In this document: positions 10,760 to 64,000 of the stretch, in pieces
How the letters are laid out: the number at the start of each line of letters is the position of its first letter
How positions within the stretch are numbered: the first letter of the stretch is position 1
NCBI RefSeq assembly: GCF_020745735.1
Contig: NC_083415.1
Span: 57,712,964-57,776,963 of the forward strand
From: Hemiscyllium ocellatum
Taxonomy: Eukaryota
Length of the DNA stretch: 64,000 bases
Direction: 5' to 3'
Position numbers and translations under genes: made by a program
The notes under the pieces: generated by a model
Database searches by the model: none
Seen by the model: only the letters and a program-made list of their open reading frames with translations
Told to the model about the DNA's origin: nothing

Positions 10760-13700
10760 AAGAGAGAGAGAGCCAAGCCGGCTGAGATAAAAGGTAGGGA
10801 GGAGGGACTAGGGGGAGGGGCGATGGAGGTGGGATAGGTGGAAGGAGGTCAAGGTGAGGATGATAGGCCGGAGTGGGGTGGGGGCGGAGAGGTCAGGAAG
10901 AGGATTGCAGGTTAGGAGGGCGGTGCTGAGTTGAGGGAACCGACTGAGACAAGGTGGGGGGAAGGGAAATGAGGAAACTGGAGAAATCTGAATTCATACC
11001 TTGTGGTTGGAGGGTTCCCAGGCGGAAGATGAGGCGCTCCTCCTCCAGCCGTCGTGTAGTTGTGTTCTGCCGGTGGAGGAGTCCAAGGACCTGCATGTCC
11101 TCGGTGGAGTGGGAGGGGGAGTTAAAGTGTTGAGCCACGGGGTGATTGGGTTGGTTGGTTCGGGCGGCCCAGAGGTGTTCTCTGAAGCGTTCCACAAGTA
11201 AGCGGCCTGTCTCACCAATATAGAGGAGGCCACATCGGGTGCAGCGGATGCAATAGATGATGTGTGTGGAGGTACAGGTGAACTTGTGGCGGATATGGAA
11301 GGATCCCTTGGGGCCTTGGAGGGAAGTGAGTGTGTTAATCTACATGGATGACCTGGATAATAGAAATCGGAGAAAGAATATCCGTCTTCTGGGCCTCCCT
11401 GAACAAGAGAAGGGAAAGGACAGTTAGTAGTATTTCTGGAGCGATGGCTGCCCCAGCTTTTAAACCTGGGGGCTGAAACTGACCGGGTAAGGGTGGAGTG
11501 GGCCTACCGGGTCGCAGCACGCGGATCTGGCCCAAACCAGCGCCCACGTCCGGTCCTGTTCCGGCTGCAGAGTTATAGGGAGAGGCAGATACTCCTGGAT
11601 GCCTCCAGAAATCTTGGAAACTATCCTAAAGCCATGATCCATGAAGGATCCAAGATTATGTTATTTCAAGACTTCTCCCCGGCTTTGGCACGAAGGAGGA
11701 AGGCGTTTGATGAGGTGAAGAAATGTCTAAGGAACTTAAATATTCAATACACCTTACGCTACCCAGCGACGTTATGCTTTACCCACGAAGGATCCGAGTA
11801 TAATTTTAGATCACCAGAAGAGGCTAAGGAACTTTTAGACTCGTTTAAATAAATCGTAAGAGACAATTTATGTTGGCTTGCCTCTTCCACACTCCGTGGG
11901 GAGAAGTGGATACTTTACTCTACTTTTGCTTCTGGGAGCAGGGTTGTCTTCCCTTGCTATTTTATGTTATTATACTTAACTGTAATCTGTTGGAGTTGTA
12001 ATTTTATAGTTATGTGTGTTTGTACGTGGCATTGATGCTATCAGATATACTCAGGTATGGGTGGGGGTGGGGCACTCACTGTTAACTCTAGCTCGGTATT
12101 ATATCTAAATCCTATTAAGGAGCGCCCGGGTCAAGGGTGGGACACTGTTTGGGAGAGGATATGGTGGACCTTTAGAAAGGAAGTAAGGCCCCCTGAGAAC
12201 AAGGGGGAGGATCTCCATTCAAACATTTTTTTTTGTTCTTATTGTTTGGAAATAGTTTCCTTTTTATTATACTGTTATGAGTGTATTAGAGAACATTTTC
12301 TCTTGTTTGAAGGATGTAAGTGACTCAACTATACACTCTGGATAATTGTGGATTAGATTAGTAGTTAACTGAGTTTCATTGTTTTTCTTTCTTCTTTAGT
12401 ATCATTCCTTTGAATTTTGATGATTATATATTTAAGATCTATTTTTATATTAATGTTTGTGCTTGAAAGTTCTGTTTATTTTTGTAAATCTGTCAAAATA
12501 TTAAATTTCTAATAAAAATATCTTTAAAAAAAAACCTTCCAGTCCTACGGCACCTCACCTGTATTTAAGGATGCCACAAATATCTGTCAGGGCCCCAGCT
12601 ATTTTCTCTCTCGCCTCCCTCAGCAACCTGGGATAGAGCCATCTGGTCCTGAGGATTTATCCACCTTAATAACCTCTAGCCTACCCAACACATCTTCCCT
12701 ACTTATGTCAACATAACACAGACTAATCAAACTTTATCTCTAATTTCAAGATTCATCATGTTCCTCTCCACAGTGAACACTGATGCAAAGTAATCATTCA
12801 GAATCTCACCCATTCTCTCAGATTTGGCACACAGCCTTCCTTCATTATCTTTTAGTGGACCAATCCTTTCTCTAGTTACCCGCTTGCTTCTAATAAAACA
12901 AAATGCTTTGGGATTTTACTTAATTCTGCTAGCTAAAGCTATTTCATGACCCCTTTTAGTTTGCTTGATTCCTCATTTAAGACTTGTCCTACTCTTCCAA
13001 TATTCCTCCAGGGCCCGTTCTGTTCTTAGCTGCCTAGACCTTATGTACGCTTCCTTTTTCCTCTTAGCTAGTCGTACAATTTCTCCTGTCATCCACGGTT
13101 CACAAATCTTGCCCTTCCTTTGCCTTCAACAGGACATGCCTATCCTGCACTACCGTTAACCTATCTTTGAAAACCTCCCATATCTCAAATATGGACTTCC
13201 CTTCAAAGAGCTGTGTCCAATCCACATTTCCCAGCTCCTGCCTAATTTTGATATAATTGGCCTTGGCCCAGTTTTGTACTCTTCCCTCAGGGCCACTCTC
13301 GTCTTTATATAAGAGTATTATAAAACTTACAGAATTGTGGTCACTGTTCCCAAAGAAATCCCCCACCGCAACTTCTACCACCTGTCCTGGCTCGTTCCCC
13401 AGTACCAGATCCAATATGGCCCCTTCCCTCGTCTGACTATTGACATACTGCTCTAGAAAACTCTCCTGGACGCTTCGTACAAATTCTACTCTATTCAGAC
13501 CTCTGACGTTAAGTCAATGTTAGGAAAATTAAAATCTCCATCACCACTACCCTATTGCCTCTACATCTATTGATAATCTGTTTACCTATTTGTTCTTCTA
13601 CCTCACGCTCACTGTTGGGAGGTCTGTAATACAGCCCCAACAATGTAACTGCACCCTTCTCATTTCTCAGCTCCACCCATAATGCCTCTACCCAAGACCG

Positions 13701-14378
13701 CCATAGTGTCCTCCTTTAACAGAGCTGTGATATCATCCCTGACCAGCAATACAACTCCGCCCCTCCATTTACTTCCCTCCCTGTCCTGTCTGAAATGTCT
13801 ATATCCTAGAACATTCAATTTCCAATCATCATGCCCTTCCTTCAACCAAGTCTCCGTGATGGCAATAATGTCATACTCCCAGGCACCAATCCAATGCACA
13901 GCCCTTGTGGAAGCAAAGTCTTCGCAATGAAGATATCCTTTATTAAGTTGTGGGACATGGCCACATTGTCAAAGGAGATAGATTTTGAGTATACTTTGCA
14001 GCTCAAAATCCTGAACTCTCCCTAACAGTAATGCAGGTGTCCTCGCACCACATGGTTTGCAGTGGTCCAAGAGGAAGCTCATCAACATCTACTCAAAAGC
14101 AAATTAGGGATGGGCAATAAATACTGGCCTTGTCCACATTTGATGACCGAACAAATTTTTAAAAGCCTTGCAAACTCACCCATCTCTCCATCGAAAACAG
14201 GAGGAAATATAGTTCAATGAAATTAAAATATTTCACATTTACAGAACTGGAATGAAGATCTGTGCCTCGTCAGCATAGTGTCAACACATTTACCCTCCTG
14301 GAAGCAGTGAAATAATATTCAGACCCATAAGTGCTCACAAAACAGCTTATTGTCTGCACAGTCTTAAAGAGAAGCGTT

Positions 14379-14384
14379 TTTATT
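14379..14384 (-). promoter_or_regulatory. Candidate distal polyadenylation signal (AATAAA) of ITCH
   Basis: TTTATT on + strand near the edge of the repeat-free block; downstream minus-strand GCTGTTTTGTG. Confidence 0.45.
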
Positions 14385-17300
14385 TTTTTTACAATGTTAA
14401 CTATCTTTACATAGATAAACAGGTAAGAAGCTTGTGCCAAGTGGCCAGAATTATCTTAGTAGCCTTAACTCATTTCTGGAACAATCAAATTCAGCTTTAC
14501 AAAAAGATTTAACACAGAAATATTAACATGATTTACAATCCTTAGATATTGTACAGTGGAAATTAGACACTATATAGAAAGCCCAAAAGATCTGAGAAAT
14601 TACCCAGATTTCTTTAAATTATGTTGCAGCCTTAGAAATAACATCCAAACTTCCTATGGAATTTATTGGAAATATTTCTAAAGCTATTTATTTAAAATAC
14701 CAAATACACTATTTTAAATCAAATTAACATCAGTGCCTTTTATATAACAATGGGTAACTTGTTTTGAGGGCAAGAGTGAAAGAATTCTATGCAGCTATTA
14801 TCCAATGAACTTATGAAGGCTAGATGTGTTATTACAACAATCTGAGAGCGTACAATGCTGTAATAGATTTTATTTCCCTGAATCAAAGTTCGACATGAGG
14901 GAAGATATGCTGGGAACAATGAAAATGGCAGCTGACCAAGAGAGATGGGATGAAGTATTTGGTCTTTGGTTGACATGACTCCCAGCTCTAAGCTGCCTCC
15001 CTGAAAATGCAGGCAATGCGTACATACTTGAATGGCAACAAGAAAGATTATGTTCATGAATAGATGATTAAGAGAGTGGCATTTTGCAGTTTTCTACTAA
15101 AATAAGTTGTTTTTTCACTTTGCATCAAATCAAAACGTTGTGTTACATTAACCCATGGTACAATACCAACAATGTTTTCCATTATCAATGCACTCACTAG
15201 TAATGAGACAAATGTTAGGTTTTGCTTAGCAATCCATTGAGGAGGATGGAGGAAGTATAAACAGAATATCCTCAGTAACTCCTACTTGTGAATGGAACAC
15301 AGGATGACCACCAAGACATTACCTGGAATTTTCAGTCATGTTTGAGGACTGGAATGCGGACTACCAAATCGGTAAATGATGCGTCAGAGAGAGAAACAAA
15401 TTTCCAAATTCATTTGGATGTATTTTGCCTAAATTTTCTGGTTGTAATGCAGTACAATTAGAGTGGGCAAGGGGAGGACGGGGAAAAGAAAAAAAATCGG
15501 TTGCATCCTTCCAATTCAGCCACTTCCAGGAAAAAGGGAAAAAAAATTAGCACACTTAGTGTATAAAATCAAACTTTTAAACAAATGCATGCCATTACCA
15601 TTGGACAATTAGCTAAGTTTAAATCTTTATCTTGCCAAGAAATCATTTTAAAATTATCAGATGTCAAAGTATCTGGTTTCCTGTTAATATCACAGTGGAT
15701 AAGTTCATTATACACAAATCTAAACAAGTGCCGCACCCATGGCTCCAGATTCCAGTTATTTCCTGAATAAAGTGGACATTCAGTAGTTTTCCTTTCCTTC
15801 CCTCATGAACTGACAAAAACACTTGCTATCAACCCCAGATCTCAAACATCGCTGCTGTGTGTCAACGTGCGCCCTTTTATCCTCTTGAAAATTTTGACAT
15901 CTACCCAGGATGCAGTTCCGCAGACCTCTAGCACACCAATCACAGGGCATTCTTAGGGACTCGGTGCTTATCAAATACACTTTCAGCAGGATACACATTC
16001 AAGTTTTAGCATCTTCAGGCAATTTTGCTTTTCTCTTGGCCAGGGTACAGAGGCCAATTATGGCAACACAACAAATTTAAACAAAAAAAAAATCAGCAAA
16101 CTTGGCAAATAGCAGGAGTCAGACATTGTACACCATGATTAGTCAAGTGCACCCTTTATCAAAGGAATCATTGACAGCTATAATCACAGACTTCTTTACA
16201 GACGGACTTTAAGTCTTTTTTTGCGGGAGTGGTGGGTGGAAGAGAACATAATGAGCTGCATAGACAAAGCATGGTGAAAAAAAGAGGGGGCAAAAGCATG
16301 ACTTTAAGTACAATACATCTTCATGTAGATCAACTTAGCAGAATGAGAAAAGATATTGTGTTTCCGGTGTCAGGTGAAAACTGATTACAGTTTAACTAAT
16401 CCTCACTGAAGGCTTAAAGTGTATGCTGTTTTTGACCAAGCCTATAAAGCTGAGAGAAAAAAAACCTACTTCCCCTCCTATAGTGAAGTTGGAGGACTGC
16501 CTCAGTCATAATCCCTGATATCCTGAATGTACCAGGGAGAGATTAACCAATGAGAAGTGCTAATATTGTAGTAAAGTAACGTTACACAAGGCAGATGGGA
16601 AATGCGGTCATGGGTAATTAGTTGCTTGCATTGTGTCAATCTTAGTTCCAGTTATAAAATAACTTACTTTGTGGGGACTGGATTGAGTTATCAACATGGT
16701 GCAGACAGTTCCAAAACCCTAGATGACAATCAAAGTCAATTAAAGTACTTCCTCCCACGAATTTGAGAAAGTTTAGATTGATATCCAGGCTATTTCATGA
16801 TCATTTCAGAAGCAAAATCAGCACACATTGCTCCACAATTCAAAAGTATGCCATTAAGCAGCATTCTTTTGCAGTAAATTTGTTGAGGCCCACTGCTTTA
16901 ACACACATCAATAAATTATCCAATAGAAGTGAAATTTTCTTTTGCACTTTACTGGTTAGGCTAAAAGGAGAAACACCAACTGAAACTGTGTTAACACAAG
17001 CACTAACTTCTTACTTCTGAATGAAAGGTTAGGGGGTAAGGGCCATTTGAATGGATCTGTGCGCTACATTAAAAATTAAGATTCAGCTCATGGCTATATA
17101 ACAAAAAGAACACATCAGAGAAAAGCTCAAAGGAAGTGAAGAGGGATGGTGAGGGGGAAGGTTAGCAAACAAGACTGGAACAAAGCCCTTTACCATCTTG
17201 CTTCCACTTGTTGGTCTGCAGAGCTCTAGAGAAATCTACAGTCCAGGACTGCTGCTCATTTAATTAGAGGAAAGTGTGCTTCTAATAAGTGGCAAGATAC

Positions 17301-20300
17301 AGAGCAAAAATAAAGGAGGAAGTGTTGCACAGCGCACTTGCAACCTAAAATCTTCCTGCAATTATTTTATTCACATTTATTGGGAGATAAATATATTACT
17401 TGTTTTGCAATTATCAGTTATTGAGCCATTGTGATGCATAATCTTACAAGATTTATAGACACTATGTTAAACAGTAACAAAAACTGGTAATAAAAGGGTT
17501 GTAACATTTTTAATTAAGCCAAAGATCCCATCTCTAAAAAATATGCTCTCTGCTAATGGGCTCACAAAAGATTCAAGCTGACATGCAACTCAGAAAACCA
17601 GTTTCACCAGACAATGCAACCTCTTGAAACAGGTTTCTTTCAGGTAATAGTCATGCACTGACATCCATCTAAAAGAATATGACAAAATCAATGAGGGGAG
17701 ATCCTGTTTTACTTGATGTAAGAGTTCCCCAAAGCAAGGAACACTCAAACCAAGATACCTGACATGCAGTTTAGCAAGAACAAGATGAGAAAATTCTCAT
17801 TGCAAGCCTATTCTGACCAAATGCAGAATAGTAATGAGTCCTTGTTTTTCAAAGTTTGATTAAGCAACCTCCACACAGTCTGCATGGCTTTAGAGTTAAG
17901 GCGGCAAACTCTTGACTTGACTCATGCTGGGATAAAGTTCCACAGGTGCTGTGCGCGCATGTGGAAACTGCAAACATTTGTAGGTGGACAACATTCAGGC
18001 CTTGTCCCCATCCAAAGGCCGAGTGTACACTGCCAAGTTTGGGATTTTAATGGATTAACAATCAGGAACCTGTACAGAATTTTCCCTTAGCATAAGGTCA
18101 GAGGCCAAGTACTCAACTTCAACATGGATTAACTTCACTTCCCATAGTTTAAACAGGAACATTCATCCATTAAACAAGGCAACTGGGATGCTTCGACACC
18201 AAGCTTAAAACTGAAAACTCAGTGATTACTTACAAATGCAAACTGAAGTTCAAACTTTCTAAAATAGGCAGGTTTTAGCAAAAAAAACTACCTAAATTTG
18301 ATACTCTATATACATTATTAATATCTATGATAAATCCTGAAAATATATTACAAATATACTCTAGCTTAAGAATAGGTTGTGTTAAAAATAAGTCAGGGTT
18401 CCCAAGTGCCCTCACCCCACTATTTTCTCACCCAGTCCTGAAAATACTGAGTCTTGCTGGAGTGGTTGCGTCAGCTCCAGCTCTGACCCAATAGTTGCAC
18501 GTCACGAGCTTAGACAAGTGTTCCGGGCCAATTCAGGTATGGAGTGCATCAAAACCAGATTCAGTCTGGCCCTCGACAGATCTCAAAAAACACTTTCCAC
18601 CAAGACTCAGGGACTACTGATCGAGAGCAGCATTCCAGGTGAATTGCCTCTAGCTATCCCAGAATGTTTCAATAATTGCTAAATAAAATTGTTACTCTTC
18701 ACAGAATAACAAAGCCAGCATAAACCAATTATTGCAGTAGCGACTTCCGGTTAATGATATTCTGTACTACACCTTTGTATTCAACAAATAAAGTCAGAGA
18801 GAGAAGAGAGGTTTAAGTCTGAATAATCAAAAGAGTATACACTATTTTATATGTTAGATGTTGATGCAGTCATTTCAACCCAGAGATAACAGCTGGAAGT
18901 AAGCCACACTCAGATTTACCTTATTTTCACTTTATATTGAAAAAGACTAAATTTGCCCCAAAATAAACAGACTTAGGAAATCTTTGGAAGTTGCAATCAA
19001 ATTTTCAAACAAATCTCTGCCAAATTCCCTCAATAATTTGGGATATCCCTTCAATTAACAGTGGATACTGCTTCTGTGCTTGATTCTTTTCTTCTTTGTC
19101 CTTTCTTCAAACCATCAATTTATTCTGGGCTTTAGACCCATGGGTGTCAACTTTCCCAAACTGCAATGTACTTACAGAATGTGTATTTGCATAACTTTTG
19201 CCAAGCTCAGTGCTGTCCTCACCCAAGCACACAGGCTCACAGTTTCAGCAGGGCCATGTTAGTTGACCAGAAACAAGATTCTTGGCTAAGGTCTTTACCG
19301 TACCCTTGTTGGTCCCTGCTGAAATTATCTATTGCAGGTTAGATAATAATTTTTTTAAAAATTGGTATAGAAATATAATCTGTATGCCAAGTAGATTTTG
19401 GCGGTGATTTCTCAGCTGTGTTATAAATTTGCTTTCTTATACAGAAAAAAAACTTGAGGGAAACCCACATTTCGTTTGGTTGTTATCATAGGTTACAATG
19501 GATGAACACTAGATTCTAAACTGGGAATAGGAATGGGAGACTAAGTAATAATAAGGAAATGATAGAACAATTAAAGTGAGTCTCCCAAATTGTATGGGGC
19601 TGAGAACTTATTATCCAGGGATTGCTATGGGAAGGTTTTTAGAAAGAAGAACCTTTTCACAGATGGATATATGAAGTGAACATTCGTGGACAAGACAGAA
19701 TTATAAAAAAATTCTGTTCAGCTGGTCCTGGTCACATAGAGTGCGCAGTGTTACTAATGAATGTTATTTTTCTTTTAAAACTACTATTCTATTCCACTAT
19801 TCTTTTTAATTTTATTTCTTATCCCTCTCCAATCTTGGAAATTTACACCTATCTTATTTGCAAAGTGTCCATACAGCTGATAAATTTAAAACCTATAAAC
19901 AAGATGTGAAGTAGATATGTCAAGGTGGCCCTTGAGCGTTGTATGCAGGGACCAGGTGGGGACACGTCAAAATGTCCTCAGAAGTTCAATACAAAGTTGT
20001 ACCTAGCGGGGAAAGGGGACGCATGTGGGAAAAGTTCAATCTCTAACCAAAGACAACATTATTTTACAGCAGCCTTTCCTGAATCAAAGGTGTCGGCACA
20101 GATACCACAAAAATATTTTCCAATCAAGCTCTATAAAACTAGAGCTACGATTGATCTACATCTCTCAGTCCTTTAAAAATATAGGGCAAAAGCCTCTGTT
20201 TTCTAGCTACACTTTATAGAGAGGAGGAAGAATACATCTGGGATAATGAGCACTACTGTCAGAAGTTTTTCTAAGAGACTGCTTAAAAGAAAATTCACGA

Positions 20301-20544
20301 AAGGTGCAATGTTAGAGTAGACATCTGTTCATCAAACAGTAGCCTGCACCTATCTTTCAAGTATCAACAATGCTGGAAAAAACATTTTAATAAGAATTTT
20401 GTCACAAGGTAGGGACTCCCTGAAGTTCACTGTACTTGCTTAAATTAAAACATTGTATTAAATTAAGACATTGAGATGCATTTAAATTAATCTTTAAAAT
20501 GAAATATGATTACATCATTTAGCAAAGACGAGGACTGAACTAGG

Positions 20545-20554
20545 GGGGTGGGTG

Positions 20555-20597
<43 letters not shown>

Positions 20598-20623
20598 GCA
20601 CACGGAGAGAGGGGGGGGGGGGG
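20545..20623. repeat. (GA)n microsatellite flanked by G-runs
   Basis: About 18 GA units at ~20560-20596, with poly-G tracts on both sides. Confidence 0.9.
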
Positions 20624-21202
20624 AAGAAGCCTGCTATAATGGGCCATGAGGACACTGTGGTGCAAGCAAAAAAAAAAATGGGGGAACAATAGTATAGGAG
20701 GGATACACACAATCTAGGATTGTTTCTTAGCTCAACAATGGAATACATGTATGGATAGTAGACATGTATTCCAGCTCTGCTCTGCCAACTGTAAGATGCT
20801 ATTAATTCCAGGAATCCCATTCCCAACCATATCTTATCAACAGCAGCCAACTGTATTCCTACGTCTAAATGGGGTAAGCATGGCTGCTCCTTCGTGTTCA
20901 ACAGAAATGAACATACTACAGATTTAAACTGTTTATCACAGCACATTAATTCTATTTAAGCATGTACAATTTCCTCATTATATTAAGTTCTTCAGCTTGT
21001 AAATACAGAGTTTTGAAGGCAAGACAAAGGCTTTACAGCCATTTCCCACAGGATTTCCAAAGCAAATAGACAGTCCTGATGTGTCTGGATAAACAGAAGT
21101 CTACTGGAAAGTAAAGCACAAGTAGTGAAATGCATTCCTCCTTTACAGAATCTTTCAAATGACATCACAAAACTCTCTCCTGACAAGACTTTCATACAGT
21201 AG

Positions 21203-62558
<41,356 letters not shown>

Positions 62559-64000
62559 CTAACAGAGAGAAGCAGCATATGAACCAAAAAAACCTACATT
62601 TCACTCCCTGCCTTCCATCCTGGTATCATGAAAGGGGGATGCTGTTTGCATAGCCTCCTTAACTCCATTTAAGACAGAGTTAAGTCATAGAATTTTCATA
62701 GTCATGAGAAAGGAAGAGAAATGGAAGTTACACAATATGTATTTCCTGCACCCTATTCAAAGCAATTTTGAAAGTAAGTCGAGAAATAAGTCAGGAATTA
62801 AGAGCTAGTTATTAATGTTAATTCCTGAAGGAAAATTCAATGCAATATAAATTTGCATGAATTATTGACCTTATTCAACATCTCCAAAGCAGAAAGAAAA
62901 CGTTTTGACCAGTTGGTTCTGACCTTAAAGGGATTAAATCATCACTTCCCTGGGAAATTACACGTACATGGTGATCAACAGTTTCTGATATCTACATATT
63001 GCTTATTCCTTTATTCAAGTAGTCAGCGAAGTGTGAATGATATATTTTAGTTGCAAGGTTGATGAGAAAAAGTAAACTAAACAGCACAATTATAAAAATA
63101 GGTTGCACGAACACCAACCTTTAAAATTGACAGACTAAGATGCCAATAAAGAATATAGGATCCCTGGTTTTATTATCAGTGCTATTGAATACAAAAGGCA
63201 AGGGCACACTAAATCTTCACAAATCATTGGGAAGGTCCTAACTAGAGTACTATGTCCAAGTCTAAACAATACACTTTAGAAAAGGATGTCAAGGCTTTTT
63301 AGAGCATGCAGAAGTTATTCTCTACGATGAGAAAAAATATTACAGAATTGAAAAATGCGATAATGTTTCTGATAACTCCAAGTACTGTACTTCCTTGGCA
63401 AGTCAAAAATGTAAGAATGAGCTGAGGTGGACAATAAGCCAAGCATAAATTGCAGCTTTCAAAACCAGTTTAAGTTAAAAAAATTGACAAACTTACAGAA
63501 CTCAATTAAAATCAAATTAACATAGGTTTTCATAGGTCAAATGGTTCCCTTCTGTGCTGCATGATTCATCGTTACATGGACAAAACCAAAATGCTCCCTC
63601 TGTATTTCTAATTGTGTTCAATAATTGCAACTGGCATGGCTGAGGTATTAAATTAACACTTTGCATCTGTGTTTACAAAAGAGGAGGATGGTTGGCCAGG
63701 CCACAGAAATTCTGTCACTAGAAGGGTTCAAGATTAATCAGGAAGAAGTCTTGAATAGATAGTGATTAAAGTTAACAAGGATTGTGAAAGAGGTGAGTGT
63801 AGATGCTGCAGGGCATTGGCCACAATCAGTCTTCTCTGGACTCAGGGGAGGTGCGACAAGGCTGGAATGTTGCCAACAATAAGGTCATGTTCAGAAAAGG
63901 TTGTATGGGTGGTTCCAGCAATTACAGACCAATTAGTTTAAGTTGAGAGTGGGAAAACGTTTGGAAATAATTATTTGGGATAGAATCGTGAATCAAATGA

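Larger units (their letters stand above)
9459..11336 (-). mobile_element. Internally deleted (RT-less) Neptune-type PLE in partial-tandem arrangement with two pLTRs
   Basis: TSD AATCTACATGGATG at 9445-9458 and 11337-11350; 3' end duplicated (~9462-10130 vs ~10666-11334); ORF N-terminus MPSLKKLSS at 10592 joined to the GIY-YIG region at ~10250. Confidence 0.9.
8950..12532 (+). mobile_element. ORF1-only L1-derived element (half-L1/HAL1-like), copy 1; interrupted by a PLE derivative and frameshifted near 11410
   Basis: Nearly identical to 24396-26094 with the same ends; TSD AACCTTCCAGTCCT at 8936-8949 and 12533-12546; AATAAA 12511-12516 plus short A tail. Confidence 0.9.
7521..13897 (-). mobile_element. 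CR1-clade LINE (APE + RT, degraded), split by the half-L1 insertion at 8950-12532
   Basis: WEYDIIAITETW, DLVLGNEPGQ..NSDH (APE); YMDFSKAFDKVPH, KFADDTK (RT); 3' tail at ~7525; halves rejoin across the 14-bp TSD. Confidence 0.9.
14360..21202 (-). other. ITCH: Putative long (up to ~6.8 kb) ITCH 3'UTR
   Basis: Follows the stop; no recognisable transposon over ~7 kb, unlike the flanks; U-rich on the minus strand; AATAAA at 14379-14384 followed by GU-rich sequence. More proximal AATAAA hexamers also exist, so the end is uncertain. Confidence 0.5.

Overview
Repeat-rich vertebrate genomic DNA. The repeat families look like those of a cartilaginous fish (shark); this is an inference. One host gene is present: the 3' part of ITCH, a NEDD4-family HECT E3 ubiquitin ligase, on the minus strand. 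I traced 16 coding exons from 62526 down to the stop at 21203. All introns are GT-AG and phase-consistent, giving 569 codons covering WW1-WW4 and the complete HECT domain. The C2 domain and 5' exons lie beyond the right edge. A ~7 kb stretch without recognisable transposons (about 14.35-21.2 kb) is probably a long 3'UTR. The rest is retroelements: CR1 and L2 LINE remnants, tRNA-derived V-SINEs, a Gypsy LTR element with apparent Gmr1-type domain order, and two Penelope-like (PLE, GIY-YIG) families carrying minimal hammerhead ribozymes. Three things stand out. (1) Two co-terminal ~1.7 kb copies of an ORF1-only 'half-L1' retrotransposon, each with a YY1-type 5' end, poly(A) signal and 14-15 bp TSD; one has an intact 278-aa ORF1p. 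(2) Nested inside one copy, an RT-less PLE derivative bracketed by two intact hammerhead motifs 1204 nt apart (retrozyme-like), retaining a CpG-rich GC-box/ETS-CRE patch. (3) An 84-bp near-perfect hairpin made of inverted PLE termini, in an insert starting 110 nt from an ITCH splice acceptor. Coordinates were read by eye; old repeat boundaries are approximate. Comparisons with human proteins are from memory, not database searches.
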